Assembly: GCA_964576435.1 (NCBI GenBank)
Contig: CAZNUP010000002.1
Location: forward strand, 247,182 to 311,181
Source of the DNA: an uncultured Gammaproteobacteria bacterium
Lineage (GTDB): Bacteria > Patescibacteriota > Microgenomatia > JAMCZE01
Direction of reading: 5' to 3'
DNA: 64,000 nt
The notes below the pieces were generated by a model. The model saw nothing but the letters and a program-made list of their open reading frames with translations, ran no database searches and had not been told where the DNA came from. How positions within the stretch are numbered: the stretch's first letter is position 1; each line of letters begins with the position of its first letter. This document shows, piece by piece, positions 39,490 through 47,897 of this stretch. The translations under genes were made by a program, and so were the position numbers.

Positions 39490-41218
39490 TTACCTCTATT
39501 TTAAGGGTATCTATGAAGTTTTTCAAGTCTACAGATCCTAAATCACCTTGATCGCGGCTCCTTACAGCAACCTGATTGGCTTCAAGCTCTTTATCTCCAA
39601 TTACAAGCATATATGGAATTTTTTGAAGTTGGGCGTTTCTGATCTTGGATCCCAGTGTTTCGGCTTTGTCGTCAAGTTCAGTACGAAATCCGGCTTTTTT
39701 GAGCTCAGATTCGACTGCTTTAGCATAATCCATGTGCCTATCGGCAATTGGCAACAGTTCAACTTGCACCGGACTCAACCAAGTTGGCAAGTTGCCTGCA
39801 AAATGTTCCAAAATGATCATCATAAATCTTTCACTTGACCCTAAAATCGCCCGGTGAATCATGACTGGTTGCTTGTTAGCACCCTCATTGTCCACATATT
39901 GCAATTTGAAACGCTCTGGCATGACATAGTCGATTTGGACAGTTGATAATTGCCATTCTCGTCCTAGTGCATCGGTTGCCATTAAATCCATTTTTGGAGC
40001 ATAGAAAGCAGCTTCACCAGGTCCGTCGTAATAATCTATTTTGTTCCGTTTCATTATGTCCACGGCCCATTTTTCTACCTTATCCCATGTTTCGGGATTG
40101 CCTAAGTATTTAGATTTATTTTCTGGGTCCCTAGTTGAAAGGCGGTAGCGATATTTGAATCCAAACGTTTCCATTACCTTTTTGGTCATTTGCAAAGCTT
40201 TGTCAATTTCTTCATCAACTTGTGACTCCATGCAGAAAATGTGACAGTCATCTTGGGAAAAAGAACGAACGCGGGCAAGACCACTTAATTCTCCTGGTTT
40301 TTCATCTCTGTAAAGCATGGCAAAATCTGTCATGCGGATAGGTAGATCTCTGTAGCTTCGCTGTTTACTTGCAAAAATTTGAGTGTGTTGGGGGCAATTC
40401 ATGGGTTTGAGGAAAAATTCTTCCTCTGAATAGTGAGAGTGGACATTGAACATATCGTCCTTATATTTATCGTAGTGACCAGAGATCTTAAATAGCTCAC
40501 CCTTAGCTACCTGCGGAGTCCAAACCTGCATATAATTTTCTTGTGATTGAAGTTCCTCGACGTAGTTATTTAAGAGCCGTCTCACGAGTGCTCCTCGTTG
40601 GGTATACAGTGGAAACCCGCTGCCAACGAGATCTGAAAAAGTAAATAAATCTAACTCCTTGCCCAGTCGTCTATGGTCTCTCTTTTCTGCTTCCGTCACT
40701 TGGTTTAAATAGTTGTCTAATTCAACTTTCGTTGGGAAAACTGTGCCGTAAATCCTTGTTAACATTTTGTTTTTTTCATCTCCACGCCAGTAGGCACCGG
40801 CGAGTTTTAAAAGTTTGAAGTGCTTTAAGTCGTTGTTTGGGTGAGGGACATGACCTCCTCGGCAAAGATCTGAATAGTTTCCAGATTTATAGAGAGTCAA
40901 AATTTGTCCATCTTTTGAAAATTCTTCTATCAACTCTAACTTGTAAGGATTGTCTTTGTAAATTTCTTTAGCCTCACCAACTGAAACTTCTTGGCGTTCA
41001 AAGCTTTTCCAACCTTTAACAATTTCTTTCATTTTTTCTTCTATCTTTGGAAAATCTTCTTCGGAGATCTTTAAATTATCAAAGTCGAAATAGAAGCCAT
41101 TTTCTATTGAGGGACCGATTGTTCTTAAAGAATCTGGATACAACTCCTCGATAGCAGCAGCTAAAAGGTGCGCTGCTGAGTGTCTTAGATTATTTAGATG
41201 TTCATCTGAGTTTTTCAT
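39464..41218 (-). CDS. thrS: threonyl-tRNA synthetase, short form without the N-terminal TGS domain
   Basis: Class II catalytic core and C-terminal anticodon-binding domain; the HSAAHLLAAAI editing-domain motif near the N-terminus. Confidence 0.9.
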   Translation of the reverse strand: MKNSDEHLNNLRHSAAHLLAAAIEELYPDSLRTIGPSIENGFYFDFDNLKISEEDFPKIEEKMKEIVKGWKSFERQEVSVGEAKEIYKDNPYKLELIEEFSKDGQILTLYKSGNYSDLCRGGHVPHPNNDLKHFKLLKLAGAYWRGDEKNKMLTRIYGTVFPTKVELDNYLNQVTEAEKRDHRRLGKELDLFTFSDLVGSGFPLYTQRGALVRRLLNNYVEELQSQENYMQVWTPQVAKGELFKISGHYDKYKDDMFNVHSHYSEEEFFLKPMNCPQHTQIFASKQRSYRDLPIRMTDFAMLYRDEKPGELSGLARVRSFSQDDCHIFCMESQVDEEIDKALQMTKKVMETFGFKYRYRLSTRDPENKSKYLGNPETWDKVEKWAVDIMKRNKIDYYDGPGEAAFYAPKMDLMATDALGREWQLSTVQIDYVMPERFKLQYVDNEGANKQPVMIHRAILGSSERFMMIILEHFAGNLPTWLSPVQVELLPIADRHMDYAKAVESELKKAGFRTELDDKAETLGSKIRNAQLQKIPYMLVIGDKELEANQVAVRSRDQGDLGSVDLKNFIDTLKIEVIDKKLQSK

Positions 41219-41478
41219 CTTGGTACGTTTTGACTATTTGTTGCTATATATTCACTTATTGCTAATAAAGTATCGCCAATAATTGGCACCCAACTCATTT
41301 GTTCTAGAATAATTACGATTATTCCAATAACAATTGTGGCACCGAGCATTATTCCTACACCCCAAGAAATTCCACCGAGAAAGTTATTTATCATGATTGA
41401 TTTCCTACTTTTCTCGACTAGCTCATGTTTTTGGTATCTTTCCATAATTTTAGTATACCTAAAAAACAAAAGAGTCAC
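41215..41478 (-). CDS. small membrane protein, 87 aa
   Basis: ORF track; two TM helices; 4-nt overlap with the thrS start. Confidence 0.4.
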   Translation of the reverse strand: MTLLFFRYTKIMERYQKHELVEKSRKSIMINNFLGGISWGVGIMLGATIVIGIIVIILEQMSWVPIIGDTLLAISEYIATNSQNVPR

Positions 41479-41652
41479 CTATTTGTTTCGACCCAGGGTT
41501 CCATCGAAACTTTGGTGACTTAATTATTCGGTTCTGCCGAATCAGTTCAGCTATAGAATTGGTGAATTTCTACTTATCACTGAAATTATTGTTAGTTTAG
41601 TATAACAGATATTGCCACCAAATCAATTCATTATTTATTTGTTTACTTAAAT

Positions 41653-42018
41653 TTATAGTCGGAAGTAAGGGTAATAGTGCTCATTTAAATAGCATTTCAA
41701 AACTTCATGAGCATGGCCACTAAGTAAAGACCCTTTTGGATACCATTTTTTAAAATTTGGGTGGCCTTCCATTTGTTTTTCTTCAGTTTTTGTTAGTGGT
41801 GATAGTTTAATTGCTTGCTTCTCAGTTATTGTTTCAGCTGCTCTTGTATCACAAACATCAAATAATACTAACTTTCCTCGCGCTACTAGTGCCGTGATTA
41901 TTATCAAAGACAACAATATGAAGAAAATTATAAACGTTAGGCTTCTGTTCATTTGGTGGGCTAATTGTACCAGAAGTGGAACAATTGGCGGAGCACTTGG
42001 ACAGGATCTGTTAGACAA
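41653..42018 (-). CDS. membrane-anchored hypothetical protein, 121 aa
   Basis: ORF track; N-terminal TM segment. Confidence 0.35.
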   Translation of the reverse strand: MSNRSCPSAPPIVPLLVQLAHQMNRSLTFIIFFILLSLIIITALVARGKLVLFDVCDTRAAETITEKQAIKLSPLTKTEEKQMEGHPNFKKWYPKGSLLSGHAHEVLKCYLNEHYYPYFRL

Positions 42019-42036
42019 TGAAATTTTACAATTGAG

Positions 42037-42681
42037 CTAATAAATAAGTTCTTTTTCTCCTTTGAAATACCTGTCAATTAAGAGTGCCATTTTATAATGA
42101 TAATTATCCCAGTTATAAGGAAATATGTCTTGATTCACTTTTATTTCAATTCGTTTCCCGTCGTGCCTTTTTCCTTCCACGGTGAACTCAAAAGCTGGAT
42201 CTTTGTGAACTCTAAGCAGTAATTGAAGCGGACATACGCATAAGGCAAAGACTTCGTCTTCTTGAGGTTGGAATTGGTCGAAGGGTCGGTTATCTTGAAT
42301 TAAGAATAAATCGCTAACTGAATTTCTCATGGTTCCATCAGTTCCTATTCCGACATTAAGTCTACGCCCAATAGAGGTTAAATTGGAAAATTTATAAGAA
42401 ATTTTTAACTCCTCCAACCCTTCATGATTTATCGCTTGATCAATTGTTTCTCCGTTTTCGTAATGGCCTGCAAGAGCAACATCAAGTTTGCCAGGAGCCC
42501 AACCAATTGTCGGACTTCTTTGTTGGTAAATTATACAGGGCTCTGGATTACTAGTTACAATCCAAAGATTGAAAGTTCCATACCAAAGGCCCTTTTGCCA
42601 GGCTTCAGTTCTTGGAACCAACCTACCTGTTTTAGAAAATTCTGGAGGCTGAAGCACCTCTACTATTAAAGACTTGTCCAT
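42037..42681 (-). CDS. Nudix-like hydrolase with a degenerate Nudix box
   Basis: GHYENGETIDQAINHEGLEELKI fits Gx5Ex7(R/H)EUxEE, with His replacing the Arg. Confidence 0.45.
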   Translation of the reverse strand: MDKSLIVEVLQPPEFSKTGRLVPRTEAWQKGLWYGTFNLWIVTSNPEPCIIYQQRSPTIGWAPGKLDVALAGHYENGETIDQAINHEGLEELKISYKFSNLTSIGRRLNVGIGTDGTMRNSVSDLFLIQDNRPFDQFQPQEDEVFALCVCPLQLLLRVHKDPAFEFTVEGKRHDGKRIEIKVNQDIFPYNWDNYHYKMALLIDRYFKGEKELIY

Positions 42682-42745
42682 GTAAGCATATTACTTTTAA
42701 TTGAGGATTATTTCTACATTTCCGAAGGAGTTTTTTCAGAATTTG

Positions 42746-42817
42746 TGGACCCGGAAGGAGTCGAACCTTCCACCTCTTCAATGTCAATGAAGCGTTCTAC
42801 CGATGAACTACGAGTCC
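42746..42817 (-). tRNA. tRNA-Val (anticodon GAC)
   Basis: Hand-folded: acceptor GGACTCG/CGGGTCC, D-arm GTTC/GAAC, anticodon stem CTTCA/TGAAG with loop TTGACAT, T-arm GAAGG-TTCGACT-CCTTC; CCA is not encoded. Confidence 0.8.
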
Positions 42818-43012
42818 TTGAGGGTATTATAGAAGAACACATCAGATTGAGCAAGATGACTTCACTTTTTTTCAATGATGCCAAGCATTATCATTAAATA
42901 AGCAATTGGGGCGAAAATAAAATCCTCAATGTCTGTTAATTTAAGCGATAAACGGGATGGTTTTTCAATTGACTTAGTCTGAGGAAAGATCTTGTCTACT
43001 TTTTCTAAAAGA

Positions 43013-43621
43013 TTACCCATTTGAACTTGCAACAGCACGTTCGTCTGAAGCGGCAAAGTTCATGCCGTGCTTTTTAAACATTGCCCAATAGCCTTTTTGC
43101 TTTTTCTTTTGTTGTGATTTATTGAGCCACATTCTGGACTCCCCGACTTTTTGGCGAAGTTCTTTTAGCATAGTAATCATCATGTCGAAGAAATTTAAAT
43201 GATAAATACCCGATTTTGCCGGTTTTGATTCCACAGTGATTTTTTTGACATCACCTGTAAGTTCTGCTGTTTGTCTTTGAAGTTTAACAACTTCGACTTG
43301 TAGTTCTTGCATGAGTCTTGCAACTTGGGCTTCAATGGCCTTTTGGCGTTCTTTGTTTATATTCAGCTCGTTGCTTTTAACTTGTTGGAAGAAACGACTT
43401 CCACCTTCTGGGGCTTTTGGTTGCTCAAGCGGTTTTGGGGCGGTGTTTAATTTAAATTCGCCGGAAAGGGGCTTTTTGAAGCCGAATTGAACCTGGGCCT
43501 CTTCGAAGATGCCTTTTGGAACATTTAGCACTTCCCCACTAAATTCTTTTAAGACTTCAGCAGGGTTGTTTGCTGAATAGTTTTTCTTTTTTGGGTCCAC
43601 TTTAGGCTGTGTCATGTTCAA
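43013..43621 (-). CDS. hypothetical Lys-rich coiled-coil protein, 202 aa
   Basis: ORF track only. Confidence 0.4.
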   Translation of the reverse strand: MNMTQPKVDPKKKNYSANNPAEVLKEFSGEVLNVPKGIFEEAQVQFGFKKPLSGEFKLNTAPKPLEQPKAPEGGSRFFQQVKSNELNINKERQKAIEAQVARLMQELQVEVVKLQRQTAELTGDVKKITVESKPAKSGIYHLNFFDMMITMLKELRQKVGESRMWLNKSQQKKKQKGYWAMFKKHGMNFAASDERAVASSNG

Positions 43622-43673
43622 ATCTAGCTTCCTTTGGGCAGGAAGTCAAGAGTAGAAATATTATACTACAGGA

Positions 43674-44534
43674 CTAAAGGGAAAGCAACCTGGTGATGGT
43701 GTTTTCTCGGCGTAAAATTGAAGCAAGTACATAAGATTGGTCCTTCAGTGCTTGCTGTTTCTTGATGTCTGTTTCTTTGGCAATGACAGAATTTACCTCT
43801 TCGTCAGATACAACTATTTTCAGGTCATCTGCAATTGCATCGAAAATGAATTCGAGCTTGAGAGCAGTTTCTGCTTGCGTGTGATATTTCTGGTGTAAAG
43901 ATTCTTGGGTTTGGCCAGAACTTTGAAGATATTGTTCAAAAGTTAGTCCAGCACTTCTTACATCTTCAAGTAAGGCAGTTGTGAGCCTACTTACTTCTGA
44001 TTCGACTAAAATCTCTGGAAGTTCAACTTTACAAACTTCAAGAAGCTTTTCAATAATTGCATTGATTTTCTTTGTTTTTTCTTCTTCGTCTTTGTCTTTT
44101 TTGTCTTCTGTGACTTCGTCACCGGGTTTCCAGATTTTTCCTGTAGCGTTTATGGCTTTAACAGCGTCTTGATAGTTTCCAAGTTCAACAGTTGGTTTTT
44201 CTGCAGCCCGTGCTATAAATTGCCAATCTTTATTTTCTTCCGCATTAGCAATTTGTACTTTTGGAGAAACAATTGGTTTCAAATTATGCTCAGCAAGAGC
44301 GTTTTGGTAGGATTGTGGAAGAACTCTGTTAACTACCTCGCCATAAATTTTACTTTTGTCGACTTTTCCTTCAATTAAATTTTTTGGGGCTTTACCTTTT
44401 CTAAATCCTTCAATCTCAATTTCACTAGCTAATTCGTCAAAAACTTTATCGTAAATAGTTTTGACGTCTGCCCAGGGGACAGTTAATGTTAGTTCAAATG
44501 CGGAGCCGCTAAGTCTTGTTAATGCTGATGCCAT
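43674..44534 (-). CDS. tig: trigger-factor-like chaperone lacking the PPIase domain
   Basis: N-domain motif EGFRKGKAPKNLIE (compare E. coli DGFRKGKVPMNIV) joined to a TF C-domain-like region; 286 aa. Confidence 0.65.
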   Translation of the reverse strand: MASALTRLSGSAFELTLTVPWADVKTIYDKVFDELASEIEIEGFRKGKAPKNLIEGKVDKSKIYGEVVNRVLPQSYQNALAEHNLKPIVSPKVQIANAEENKDWQFIARAAEKPTVELGNYQDAVKAINATGKIWKPGDEVTEDKKDKDEEEKTKKINAIIEKLLEVCKVELPEILVESEVSRLTTALLEDVRSAGLTFEQYLQSSGQTQESLHQKYHTQAETALKLEFIFDAIADDLKIVVSDEEVNSVIAKETDIKKQQALKDQSYVLASILRRENTITRLLSL

Positions 44535-44543
44535 AAGCTAATT

Positions 44544-44966
44544 CTACTTTATCTGAATGTTCAAATCAATGTTTGGCGGGGAAATTTCTGGTTCGAAGAA
44601 ATTTACCGTGCCAATTTCTTGATTGAGTGTCTTTAAATCCTCGCGCAACTTAAGAAAGGCTGCATCGCTTGCGTATTTAGAGTTTGTGTTTGGAACAATA
44701 GTAATTGTCGTAGTTGGGATGATTGTTGGAACAGGTGTTATTAGAGTTTGCATTGGAGCAGGGCGTTTTAAAATAGAAATTCCTGCCAAGATGCCAATGA
44801 AGGCTATTAAAATTATAATTACAGTCCCAGCTATAACTCCAACCAATGGAAGAGGTAATTTCTTTTTTTCAGGTTTTACTGGTTGGGTTTCTTGGACTGG
44901 TGGATTTTGGGTCTCTTGTACCTCAGTGGGTTTCTGTTCTGGAACTGGTTGTTGTTCTGGATTCAT
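44544..44966 (-). CDS. membrane-anchored Pro/Gln-rich hypothetical protein
   Basis: ORF track; central TM helix. Confidence 0.4.
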   Translation of the reverse strand: MNPEQQPVPEQKPTEVQETQNPPVQETQPVKPEKKKLPLPLVGVIAGTVIIILIAFIGILAGISILKRPAPMQTLITPVPTIIPTTTITIVPNTNSKYASDAAFLKLREDLKTLNQEIGTVNFFEPEISPPNIDLNIQIK

Positions 44967-44970
44967 ATGT

Positions 44971-45759
44971 TTAGCCTGTATAGGATCTAACTATTTCCAA
45001 TAAATAAGAGGCAGCTTCTTTTAAATATTGATTGGCTTCAATTAAAGATTTTTGACCAGCTAATAAATCAATTTTCTGATTTCTTTTTAAATCTTTTCCC
45101 GAAAGAATGGTTTGGGCCTTTTCGGCCTTTTGATTTTGAAAGTCTAACTTTGTTTGAATAGTAATTATTCCCCTTTCCGCTGCTGTCGTATTTTCTCCTT
45201 GGTTTCTAATTTCACCAAGTTTTGTAGTTACACCGGCAATATCAGTATTCAACTTGTTTCTTAAGGCGCCTTCTTTGGCAATAAGAATGGCCCCCACAGT
45301 TTGTTTTGTTTCTTCGTCCATTTGTTCATACTGTTTTTTGAATTCGTCTGAAAGGCTATTTAAATCATCCAAATCGCCAGCAGCATCTATAGTTGCTTGA
45401 TTTGAGGATAACCATTGCTTTTCACTTTGTCTGATTCCTGTAAATGTTTTTTTAGTGTCGTCAGAGACTCCAGTCGTTGCGTTTAATTTTTCCTGAAGCA
45501 AATCATAATAGGTGGACATTACTTGGTTTCTGGCTTTTAGGACAGCTTTAAATTTCACTATCGCGTCATTTTGAGCAGTCAGTGTACCGTAGGTTTGATA
45601 GGCTGATTTTGCAACTTGGTACTCATTGTAAGCATTTTTGTAATTTTGAAGATTAAAGACATAATCCTGATAAGCTGTGGCAAAGTCTGCTGAGACTGAC
45701 TTTGGAATAATAGCAACAAGGAAAACAAAAGCTATAAAGATTGAAGCAATTTTTCGCAT
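44971..45759 (-). CDS. secreted coiled-coil hypothetical protein
   Basis: Signal peptide MRKIASIFIAFVFLVAIIPKSVSA. Confidence 0.4.
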   Translation of the reverse strand: MRKIASIFIAFVFLVAIIPKSVSADFATAYQDYVFNLQNYKNAYNEYQVAKSAYQTYGTLTAQNDAIVKFKAVLKARNQVMSTYYDLLQEKLNATTGVSDDTKKTFTGIRQSEKQWLSSNQATIDAAGDLDDLNSLSDEFKKQYEQMDEETKQTVGAILIAKEGALRNKLNTDIAGVTTKLGEIRNQGENTTAAERGIITIQTKLDFQNQKAEKAQTILSGKDLKRNQKIDLLAGQKSLIEANQYLKEAASYLLEIVRSYTG

Positions 45760-45805
45760 TGTGGATATCAGTTTAGTACAGATATATAATAGAGTGCAAG
45801 TTTAA

Positions 45806-45888
45806 GCAGATGTGGCGGAATTGGTATACGCGCACGCCTTAGGAGCGTGTTCCCAAAAGGAATGGAGGTTCAAGTCCTCTCATCTGCA
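45806..45888 (+). tRNA. tRNA-Leu (anticodon TAG), class II with a long variable arm
   Basis: Hand-folded: acceptor GCAGATG/CATCTGC, anticodon stem CACGC/GCGTG with loop CTTAGGA, variable arm TTCC-CAAAA-GGAA, T-loop TTCAAGT; CCA is not encoded. Confidence 0.8.
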
Positions 45889-47411
45889 CTAGATAGGACA
45901 GCATTGTCCTTAAATGTACGAATAGATTGATATAACGGGCTAATCTTCTGGTTCAATGTGCCGTTATAGTTCCAAGCCACTCCGAGAGGGAAGATTGAAC
46001 CAAGGAGCACTTTAAGCTCAAATATATTAGACCTTTTGTAAGTTTCGCCTAAGTCAGCCAACAAGGTTTTCATAAAGGTAGTTACTGCATCAATATTGTA
46101 TTTATCAATAGTAGCATCGTCTTTGGCGATTTGGGCTTGAAGCATTTTGTCTTCGATGAACGTACTTTGCTCCTTGAACACGTCGTCTGAATAAACTCCA
46201 TTCAGATTTTTTTCTACCATTGTTCGGCGTAGCTCTTTGAGTCTGGCAATTTCATTGTCGGCTTCATTCTTCATTTTTTGTAATCTTGAAAGACGCTCGT
46301 GGTAAGTTTTATACAAAAAATTAATGAAAAGATTTAAGCATTCTGGTTTTGGAGTAATTTCTTTTAACAATTGGATAAGTGTATTTTCTAACTCCTCTAC
46401 CTTAATAGAAGTAGAAGTGCAGGGTTTTCCACATCTGTAATAGCCGTACTTAGCATATCTGCCCTTACTCCACCCGCCTGTCAGTCCCATGCCACATTTG
46501 GCACATTTAATGACTCTTCTTAAGGGGAAATCTGGATTAGTGCTATTTCTTTTGGCTAGAGCAATTTTATTGACGTTTCGCCCGTCGAGAATAGCTTGAA
46601 CTTTATAAAATTGTGGTTCGCCTATCATGGCTACATGCTGCCCTTTTACCTCTTCTTTATAGGTCGGTGACGCTAATACACCCATATAAAATTTGTTTCT
46701 GAATATTTCGTCAGTTCTCTGAGGTCTTAACGGCCTCTCTATTTTGCCATGCTTCTCTAGGAGTCCCCAATCATTCATTATTTTAGTCATTTCCCGAAGA
46801 CTTTTTGTCCCAGTAGTCATAAGATCCCAAGCTTTTTTAACTCTGTCCCAACTATTAGTATCCTTTACGGCAAAACCTGCCTCTACTTTATATCCTAATG
46901 GTGCTTGACCCGTTACTAACATCCCTGAAAGGTAACGAGCCTTTAATCCATTTCTAGATCTTTCGCTTCTAATGTCGTTATCTAGCTGAGCAAAGCCAGC
47001 TAATACTGTCTCTACTAACTTTTCTGTGGGACTATTCCCTGTTGGTTCAGTAGCGGAAACAATAGTGACACCATTTTCTGCCAGCTTTTTTCTAATTGCT
47101 AAATAATCAGCCGTTTGTCTGGAAACACGATCAAGCCTGTAAATGAACATCGCCTGAACCCGTCCCTTATTTTTTCGGCAATATTCAAGAAGATTAATAA
47201 GAACTGGTCTGCCTAAAATACTTTTTGCAGACCGGCCTTCTTCTCTAAAAACTTCAGTCACAATGTAACCTCTTTTTTCTGCCTCCTTGCGACAGATTTC
47301 TTCCTGAGTATCGAGTGAAAAGTTGTCTACTTGTTCTTCTGTAGAAACGCGCAGGTAAAGAATCGCCTTTTTGCCGGTATCATATATTACTTCCGATCCG
47401 AATGAGTTCAT
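45870..47411 (-). CDS. large serine recombinase (phage/ICE integrase type)
   Basis: N-terminal resolvase domain AILYLRVSTEEQVDNFSLDTQ...YRLDRVSRQ, recombinase domain and a zinc-ribbon region (CAKCGMGLTGG...C); the 3' end overlaps the tRNA-Leu 3' end by 19 nt. Confidence 0.85.
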   Translation of the reverse strand: MNSFGSEVIYDTGKKAILYLRVSTEEQVDNFSLDTQEEICRKEAEKRGYIVTEVFREEGRSAKSILGRPVLINLLEYCRKNKGRVQAMFIYRLDRVSRQTADYLAIRKKLAENGVTIVSATEPTGNSPTEKLVETVLAGFAQLDNDIRSERSRNGLKARYLSGMLVTGQAPLGYKVEAGFAVKDTNSWDRVKKAWDLMTTGTKSLREMTKIMNDWGLLEKHGKIERPLRPQRTDEIFRNKFYMGVLASPTYKEEVKGQHVAMIGEPQFYKVQAILDGRNVNKIALAKRNSTNPDFPLRRVIKCAKCGMGLTGGWSKGRYAKYGYYRCGKPCTSTSIKVEELENTLIQLLKEITPKPECLNLFINFLYKTYHERLSRLQKMKNEADNEIARLKELRRTMVEKNLNGVYSDDVFKEQSTFIEDKMLQAQIAKDDATIDKYNIDAVTTFMKTLLADLGETYKRSNIFELKVLLGSIFPLGVAWNYNGTLNQKISPLYQSIRTFKDNAVLSSADERT

Positions 47412-47719
47412 ACTCCCCCTTTCTCATGTAGCATTTCTTTTAGGGTTAACCCATCGAATATTGTTCTTTCAAAAGTATCCAACCAGTTTTCGACTAGGAA
47501 TTGAATTTCTGTAACCACATCTCTTAGTTCGTCCGATTCGTAAGAGTCAGCAACACTTCCCAATATTTGCTTTGCCTTTTGAATATTTTTGTCTTCAAAT
47601 TGCTGCTGATCAAATATTGCGTCCAAAGAGAAGACTTCTGAAGTGGTCGTTTGTACGGCTCTGGTTAAGGGCCTTATGACTTGATCCTGTGGAAGTTGAG
47701 TTTGTAATATGTGTTCCAT
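47408..47719 (-). CDS. hypothetical protein, 103 aa, co-oriented with and 4-nt overlapping the recombinase gene
   Basis: ORF track; sits where an excisionase or recombination directionality factor would be expected. Confidence 0.4.
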   Translation of the reverse strand: MEHILQTQLPQDQVIRPLTRAVQTTTSEVFSLDAIFDQQQFEDKNIQKAKQILGSVADSYESDELRDVVTEIQFLVENWLDTFERTIFDGLTLKEMLHEKGGV

Positions 47720-47723
47720 ATTC

Positions 47724-47816
47724 GTGCGTGATACTATCTATATAACGATAGTATATATCGATATAACGATAGTGTCAATAACGTCGTGTGTACTTTGAAT
47801 AATTGATGTCCTATAA
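47724..47816. promoter_or_regulatory. divergent control region with operator-like repeats and a candidate -10 box
   Basis: Direct repeats ataacgatagt at 47743-47753 and 47763-47773; inverted arms actatc/gatagt; TATAAT at 47811-47816. Confidence 0.4.
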
Positions 47817-47897
47817 TTCCCGTGAATGTTCAATTAAGAATTTGGAGCTTATTAATAAGAAAAATAAAGATAAATCTTCTGTCCACAAGATTAATCC

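Noticed and set aside
41479-41652. Two hairpins (gtttcga...tcgaaac and attcgg...ccgaat) in the intergenic region upstream of the small membrane gene; considered as terminators or a thrS leader
   Set aside because: Neither hairpin is followed by a U-tract on either strand, and the region is too short and unstructured for a T-box; left unannotated.
42862-43056. 64-aa minus-strand ORF overlapping the start of the 202-aa gene
   Set aside because: Overlaps the 43013-43621 ORF in another frame and lies in the tRNA-Val upstream region; no recognisable features.
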